Origin: an uncultured virus (IMG/VR IMGVR_UViG_3300025936_000004)
Lineage: Duplodnaviria; Heunggongvirae; Uroviricota; Caudoviricetes
DNA length: 20,000 nt
Strand: one strand, 5' to 3'
IMG/VR virus record: IMGVR_UViG_3300025936_000004
Within the stretch, counting starts at the first letter, position 1. Each line of letters opens with the position of its first letter. Positions 16,918 through 20,000 of this stretch are shown one piece after another. The translations under genes were made by a program, and so were the position numbers. The notes under the pieces are model-generated. The model had not been told where the DNA came from and made no database searches. It worked only from the letters and a program-made list of their open reading frames with translations.

Positions 16918-17021
16918 TAGACACTCCGTTGCAACATGGGCAAAGTCCCCTTTGAAGCGTTTCTCGCACGAGGAACTACCGCGCAACAGGCCCTGGCAGT
17001 GATGCCGGGGCTTTTGTTTTT
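16918..17021 (+). ncRNA. Candidate small-RNA gene unit 1 (promoter, body, terminator)
   Basis: TAGACA-17-CAAAGT promoter-like element; hairpin AGGCCCTGGCA-gtga-TGCCGGGGCTT plus U-tract; no convincing ORF. Confidence 0.45.
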
Positions 17022-17025
17022 GGCG

Positions 17026-17115
17026 TAGACGCCATCCCCGCGCGCTGTAACACTACGGCCGCTTTCACTTGGGGTACTGCGAAGCCTTGGCATGGTGCCG
17101 GGGCTTTTCGCTTTT
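17026..17115 (+). ncRNA. Candidate small-RNA gene unit 2
   Basis: TAGACG-17-AACACT with extended TG; hairpin GAAGCCTTGGCA-tgg-TGCCGGGGCTTT plus U-tract. Confidence 0.45.
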
Positions 17116-17128
17116 GTGCCTCGCGTCA

Positions 17129-17231
17129 TTGCCTTACCCGGCCGACGTGGCAGGCTTGGAACTGCAAGCTTCTCGCAATACCCCCTTTCATGGCTGCCCC
17201 GGTTGTCGCACCAGCCGGGGCAGTTTGCATT
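17129..17231 (+). ncRNA. Candidate small-RNA gene unit 3
   Basis: TTGCCT-16-CAGGCT with extended TG; hairpin GGCTGCCCCGGTTG-tcgcac-CAGCCGGGGCAGTT plus a weak U-tract. Confidence 0.4.
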
Positions 17232-17341
17232 GTGGCATACTCGCCGCGAGCGGAGTCGCCACGCTGGGATACACCCCGGGGTTACGAGCCGTTTACCTAA
17301 GGGCACGACGGCTCGAGGCACAGAAACTCGGGCCGGCGTGC

Positions 17342-17563
17342 TTAGTTGACCGGATACAGCACCGCAGCCGGCACGCCCCATCCATGGGGCATCGGCTCCT
17401 CGGGGTGATCGATCTCGCCTGACCACGTGTTCTCCGCGCGGTACCGGCGTGCGTCGACCCCGTCGCAGGGGCTATGGCCATTGCCCTCGCGGTCCTTGCC
17501 TAGGACGATCAGGGTGTCATCGGGGAAGGCTGCGAGCAGTTCGCGGAGTTCTTTTACGGTCAT
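17342..17563 (-). CDS. Small hypothetical phage protein
   Basis: MTVKELRELLAAFPDD...KDREGNGHSP...AVLYPVN is a typical small phage ORF pattern. Confidence 0.75.
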   Translation of the reverse strand: MTVKELRELLAAFPDDTLIVLGKDREGNGHSPCDGVDARRYRAENTWSGEIDHPEEPMPHGWGVPAAVLYPVN

Positions 17564-17599
17564 CGTATCACCGAGCCTGCCGAAGCCTTCACTCTGTGT

Positions 17600-17863
17600 C
17601 TACGGCAACGGCAATGGTGTCTTGTTGCGAGGGGGCGGTTTCCATATATCGTCTTTCTTAAGTGTTATCCTGGTCGACGCTTCGTCCAAACACTCTCGCG
17701 GAGTTGCTTCGTCCCCTAGTTGGCGCCACCTTGCTCGTAAATCCAGCGCCCACTCTCTGCGAGCAAGGTGTTCCGCCATCGTGGGCTTGTACGGCACCAC
17801 GTCTATCGTCGTGACCAGTTCGCCCGCGCGGATTTCACGCAGTGCGGTCATCGTGATGATCAT
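17600..17863 (-). CDS. Small hypothetical phage protein
   Basis: 87 aa, ATGA-coupled to the upstream ORF. Confidence 0.6.
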   Translation of the reverse strand: MIITMTALREIRAGELVTTIDVVPYKPTMAEHLARREWALDLRARWRQLGDEATPRECLDEASTRITLKKDDIWKPPPRNKTPLPLP

Positions 17864-18108
17864 GTGTCACCGTGGTCCGTTTGGGCATCCACGGCCAATG
17901 CTCGCGCCATGGCTTCAGCCGCACGCTTGCCGTGCTCCATATTGCGAATGCCATCGCCCCATAGTTTTGCCTCGCCGATGCCGATGCCGTCCTTTCGGAT
18001 TAGCACTTCGATGTGGCCAGCATCGTTCACCGTCACCTCGTGGCCGCTAATCACCGCCTCGGCAACCGACGTGCTGCCCAATTTGTACTCGTGCCAGTCG
18101 ACCTTCAT
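17860..18108 (-). CDS. Small hypothetical phage protein
   Basis: 82 aa, ATGA overlaps at both ends, GAGG RBS. Confidence 0.7.
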   Translation of the reverse strand: MKVDWHEYKLGSTSVAEAVISGHEVTVNDAGHIEVLIRKDGIGIGEAKLWGDGIRNMEHGKRAAEAMARALAVDAQTDHGDT

Positions 18109-18344
18109 TGCGCCTCGCCCAACGCCCGCACCATGTCTTCAGCGATCCGTTTCCACGACCGTGTCGCAGTCCCGGCGAGTCGGATTTTCGCGAGCGGCTC
18201 AACGAATGCGCTGTCTCCAGGGAAGATCAGGATCTGCCAGGCTCCATTGGCTTCGGCTAGCGACGCGAACACCAGTCGGCCGCCAATAGCAGCCTGGTAC
18301 GAGTCGGGACGATTCTCGAGCCACTCCACCGTGTCCATGGTCAC
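18105..18344 (-). CDS. Small hypothetical phage protein
   Basis: 79 aa, 4-nt overlaps with both neighbours. Confidence 0.65.
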   Translation of the reverse strand: MTMDTVEWLENRPDSYQAAIGGRLVFASLAEANGAWQILIFPGDSAFVEPLAKIRLAGTATRSWKRIAEDMVRALGEAQ

Positions 18345-18583
18345 CCCGCTTCCTTGAGCGCGTGCTCGGCCAATTCGGTGCGCATCTGTTCGCGCAACGC
18401 CGGAACGATCACCTCCTGTGCCGACACAAGCTCGGTCACTGACACGTCCCTGGTGAGGCGATAGTGGTTGTTGCCGTAATGCAGATCGCCGATCAGCGTA
18501 ATGGTCTTCGGGGCGAACTGGTTCACGCCGATCACGACTGCGTCACGGAGTTCCTGTAGCTTGGCGGATTGATTCGTGGTCAC
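18341..18583 (-). CDS. Small hypothetical phage protein
   Basis: Start reassigned to the GTG at 18583 (MTTNQSAKLQELRD...), which has a GGGAG RBS and a GTGA overlap with the HTH gene stop. Confidence 0.65.
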   Translation of the reverse strand: MTTNQSAKLQELRDAVVIGVNQFAPKTITLIGDLHYGNNHYRLTRDVSVTELVSAQEVIVPALREQMRTELAEHALKEAG

Positions 18584-18849
18584 GTTCGCGCTCCCTGTTT
18601 GAGTCTCGTGGGTGTTTTTCGCGGCTTCCCTTTGGGCCACCCTCCTCCCTGCATTGTGATTCCGCGTGTCAGCCTTGGGTATTTCTGTAGCCATCGCTGC
18701 AAGCAGCGAATTGAGACCCCGAGAACAATCGCGGCATAAGTAACCGTCCGCTCTGCCTCCAAGGCACTTCGAATCTCATCGATTGCGCTCGGATCGCCGG
18801 AGTGAAGTCGACGGGCAAGGTCGGCAACTTTTGGGTCGATCAACCCCAT
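18580..18849 (-). CDS. Small HTH DNA-binding protein (Fis-like), paralogue A
   Basis: HTH segment IRSALEAERTVTYAAIVLGVSIRCLQRWL and a basic tail GWPKGKPRK. Confidence 0.75.
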   Translation of the reverse strand: MGLIDPKVADLARRLHSGDPSAIDEIRSALEAERTVTYAAIVLGVSIRCLQRWLQKYPRLTRGITMQGGGWPKGKPRKTPTRLKQGART

Positions 18850-18903
18850 GTCAGAATTCTATGACAGCTGGCTTAGAATGCAAAGCGGTGGTAAATTGCT
18901 AAC
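18849..18903. promoter_or_regulatory. Divergent leaderless promoters with a palindromic operator
   Basis: Minus strand: TTGCAT-16-TAGAAT-6 nt-ATG, with operator TGTCA-N8-TGACA at 18849-18866. Plus strand: TG-G-TAAATT (18892-18897)-6 nt-GTG at 18904. Confidence 0.65.
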
Positions 18904-19491
18904 GTGCGTCGCATTCCGTCTTTTGGGCTTCATGGTCCATGGCGAATCGATTCAAGCTGGACTCGCCGGCGGCTTAGAACGCAGCTCGGTGGCGCGATTA
19001 GCAGAGCACGATGCATTCTGCTGCCAGCCACTCTGACGTTCGAAGAGTGGATCATCACAATTGATCACTTTGGCGGCTTGTGTGCCTACTGCAAAACAAG
19101 GCCATTTCTTGTGCTGGAACACGTTGTTCCTATTTTAAGCGGTGGCGGTACTACGCCTGGCAACTGTCTACCCGCATGCAACAACTGCAATGCCAAGAAA
19201 GGGAATAGGCCTATTCGGGAAGTCTTCCCCGAGGTGGCCGGGGATCTTGAAGCATATCTTTCGCGCCGCTCGACGGGCGCCGATACCGGCAGACCCCCGC
19301 AGGATGTGATCCGATTCAGGGAGAATCTGGCCAGGGAAGTTCGATGGATGTCTAATATCCACGAAATCTACTTCGTCCGACGACCCGTTGAAGAGGTCTT
19401 GCGTCGCTGGACTTACTTTTCGATGCTGAATGAAGAGGAAGCAGCGGAGTTCCACAGGTGGCAGAGAGAAGAGTGGCTCTCATGGCTGTAG
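18904..19491 (+). CDS. HNH endonuclease (McrA-like zinc-finger HNH) with a C-terminal extension
   Basis: LTFEEW...CAYC...LEHVVPILSGGGTTPGNCLPACNNCNAKKG. Confidence 0.85.
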   Translation: MRRIPSFGLHGPWRIDSSWTRRRLRTQLGGAISRARCILLPATLTFEEWIITIDHFGGLCAYCKTRPFLVLEHVVPILSGGGTTPGNCLPACNNCNAKKGNRPIREVFPEVAGDLEAYLSRRSTGADTGRPPQDVIRFRENLAREVRWMSNIHEIYFVRRPVEEVLRRWTYFSMLNEEEAAEFHRWQREEWLSWL

Positions 19492-19725
19492 CTACTGACC
19501 GTCTAGCGGCCTGCCCCGCAACCGTAGTTCAATCCCTTCGCGCAAGGATGGTTCTTTCGATAGCCACTTCTCTAGATTGCGCCGATGGATACCTAGCCTC
19601 TCGGCCGCACCGGGAATGGTTCCAGCTTTCACCAGTGCCTCACGGATCGCCTTTCGCCACGCTGCAGGGTCGTTCTCACGCTGCCAGATGAGTTTGGCCC
19701 CTTTCGGGGTGCTCGCTGCACTCAT
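19492..19725 (-). CDS. Small HTH DNA-binding protein (Fis-like), paralogue B
   Basis: IREALVKAGTIPGAAERLGIHRRNLEKWL; aligns with 18580..18849. Confidence 0.8.
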   Translation of the reverse strand: MSAASTPKGAKLIWQRENDPAAWRKAIREALVKAGTIPGAAERLGIHRRNLEKWLSKEPSLREGIELRLRGRPLDGQ

Positions 19726-19853
19726 GTCTCTATATTACGGCATTCGCCGCAGATACCAAAGCCCCACACATGCCTTCCTTATGCCACAGAAATGCGGCGT
19801 ACATCTCTTTTACCTCGAGGTAATTGCGTCGTACGCCGTATTATTAGGACATG
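19723..19853. promoter_or_regulatory. Divergent mirror-image leaderless promoters with shared operator-like boxes
   Basis: Minus TGCGGCGAATGCCGTAATATAGAGACATG versus plus TGCGTCGTACGCCGTATTATTAGGACATG, 22 of 29 identical. The -10 elements TAATAT and TATTAT are each 6 nt from an ATG. Confidence 0.7.
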
Positions 19854-20000
19854 GACATCACGACGACGGGCAGTGAGTTCTGGGAGATCGAGAGCGATTC
19901 GTTGGTCGAGGCCTTCGAAGAGATGGCAGACCGCACCGCGGCCCACTGGGAAGAGATTCTCGACGGCCTCGCAAGCGACGAGATCCCTCCCCCTCCTGCA
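19851..20000 (+). CDS. Highly acidic small protein, 3'-partial
   Basis: Not in the ORF track. Translates as MDITTTGSEFWEIESDSLVEAFEEMADRTAAHWEEILDGLASDEIPPPPA..., open to the window edge, behind a leaderless promoter. Confidence 0.65.
   Translation, partial: MDITTTGSEFWEIESDSLVEAFEEMADRTAAHWEEILDGLASDEIPPPPA

Larger units (their letters stand above)
1..20000. mobile_element. Contractile-tailed phage or prophage segment (baseplate, fibres, lysis, accessory/early genes)
   Basis: Contiguous baseplate, fibre, holin-like and endolysin genes followed by short phage-like ORFs. No host housekeeping genes or att site are visible. Confidence 0.9.

Noticed and set aside
16873..17320. CRISPR array interpretation of the periodic hairpins
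   Set aside because: The repeats are not near-identical (only 8-13 nt shared), the period is irregular at 90-120 nt, and there are no cas genes in the window.
16917..17426. ORFs across the hairpin array (16917..17426 -, 17069..17422 +, 17092..17349 +)
   Set aside because: They have Arg/Pro/Gly-rich shadow-like composition, lack an RBS, overlap the real 17342..17563 gene and cross several terminators.
17427..18357. Plus-strand ORFs 17427..18050, 17768..18289 and 18013..18357
   Set aside because: They are Ser/Arg-rich shadows opposite a tightly coupled minus-strand operon.
8498..18694. ORF-track start positions 8498, 8839, 10361, 11686, 15161 and 18694
   Set aside because: Most would overlap upstream genes extensively. 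The downstream starts (8675, 8932, 10406, 11746, 15185, 18583) have an RBS, stop-start coupling or a signal peptide at the N-terminus.
1..20000. tRNA, rRNA, integrase or att site
   Set aside because: None was recognisable by eye in this window.

Overview
A high-GC segment of a contractile-tailed (myovirus-type) phage or prophage. The gene styles suggest a myxobacterial or related deltaproteobacterial host, but that is inference. On the + strand from 1 to 16834 runs a late operon: baseplate hub/spike, wedge, baseplate J, an I/gp48-like protein, three fibre/adhesin candidates, then an enlarged membrane/lysis block ending in a glucosaminidase-type endolysin. That block also holds small lipoproteins, two HEXXH zinc peptidases, holin-like proteins, an atypical response-regulator receiver, a full GH9 glycoside hydrolase, a DxD glycosyltransferase-like gene and a free-standing HNH endonuclease. 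A toxin-first RelE/XRE toxin-antitoxin module plus a secreted protein is inserted on the opposite strand among the baseplate genes. After the endolysin, a roughly 470-bp non-coding stretch is built from repeated promoter/short body/terminator units, a candidate tandem small-RNA array. The right end has two paralogous HTH genes, a second HNH gene, an operon of small unknown ORFs and a very acidic partial ORF, all behind apparently leaderless promoters, several with palindromic operators. Best leads: the GH9-containing lysis block, the sRNA-like array, the displaced duplicate 3' end around the HNH gene, and the HTH/operator-controlled anti-defence-like locus. All product calls come from motif recognition by eye; no database searches were run.
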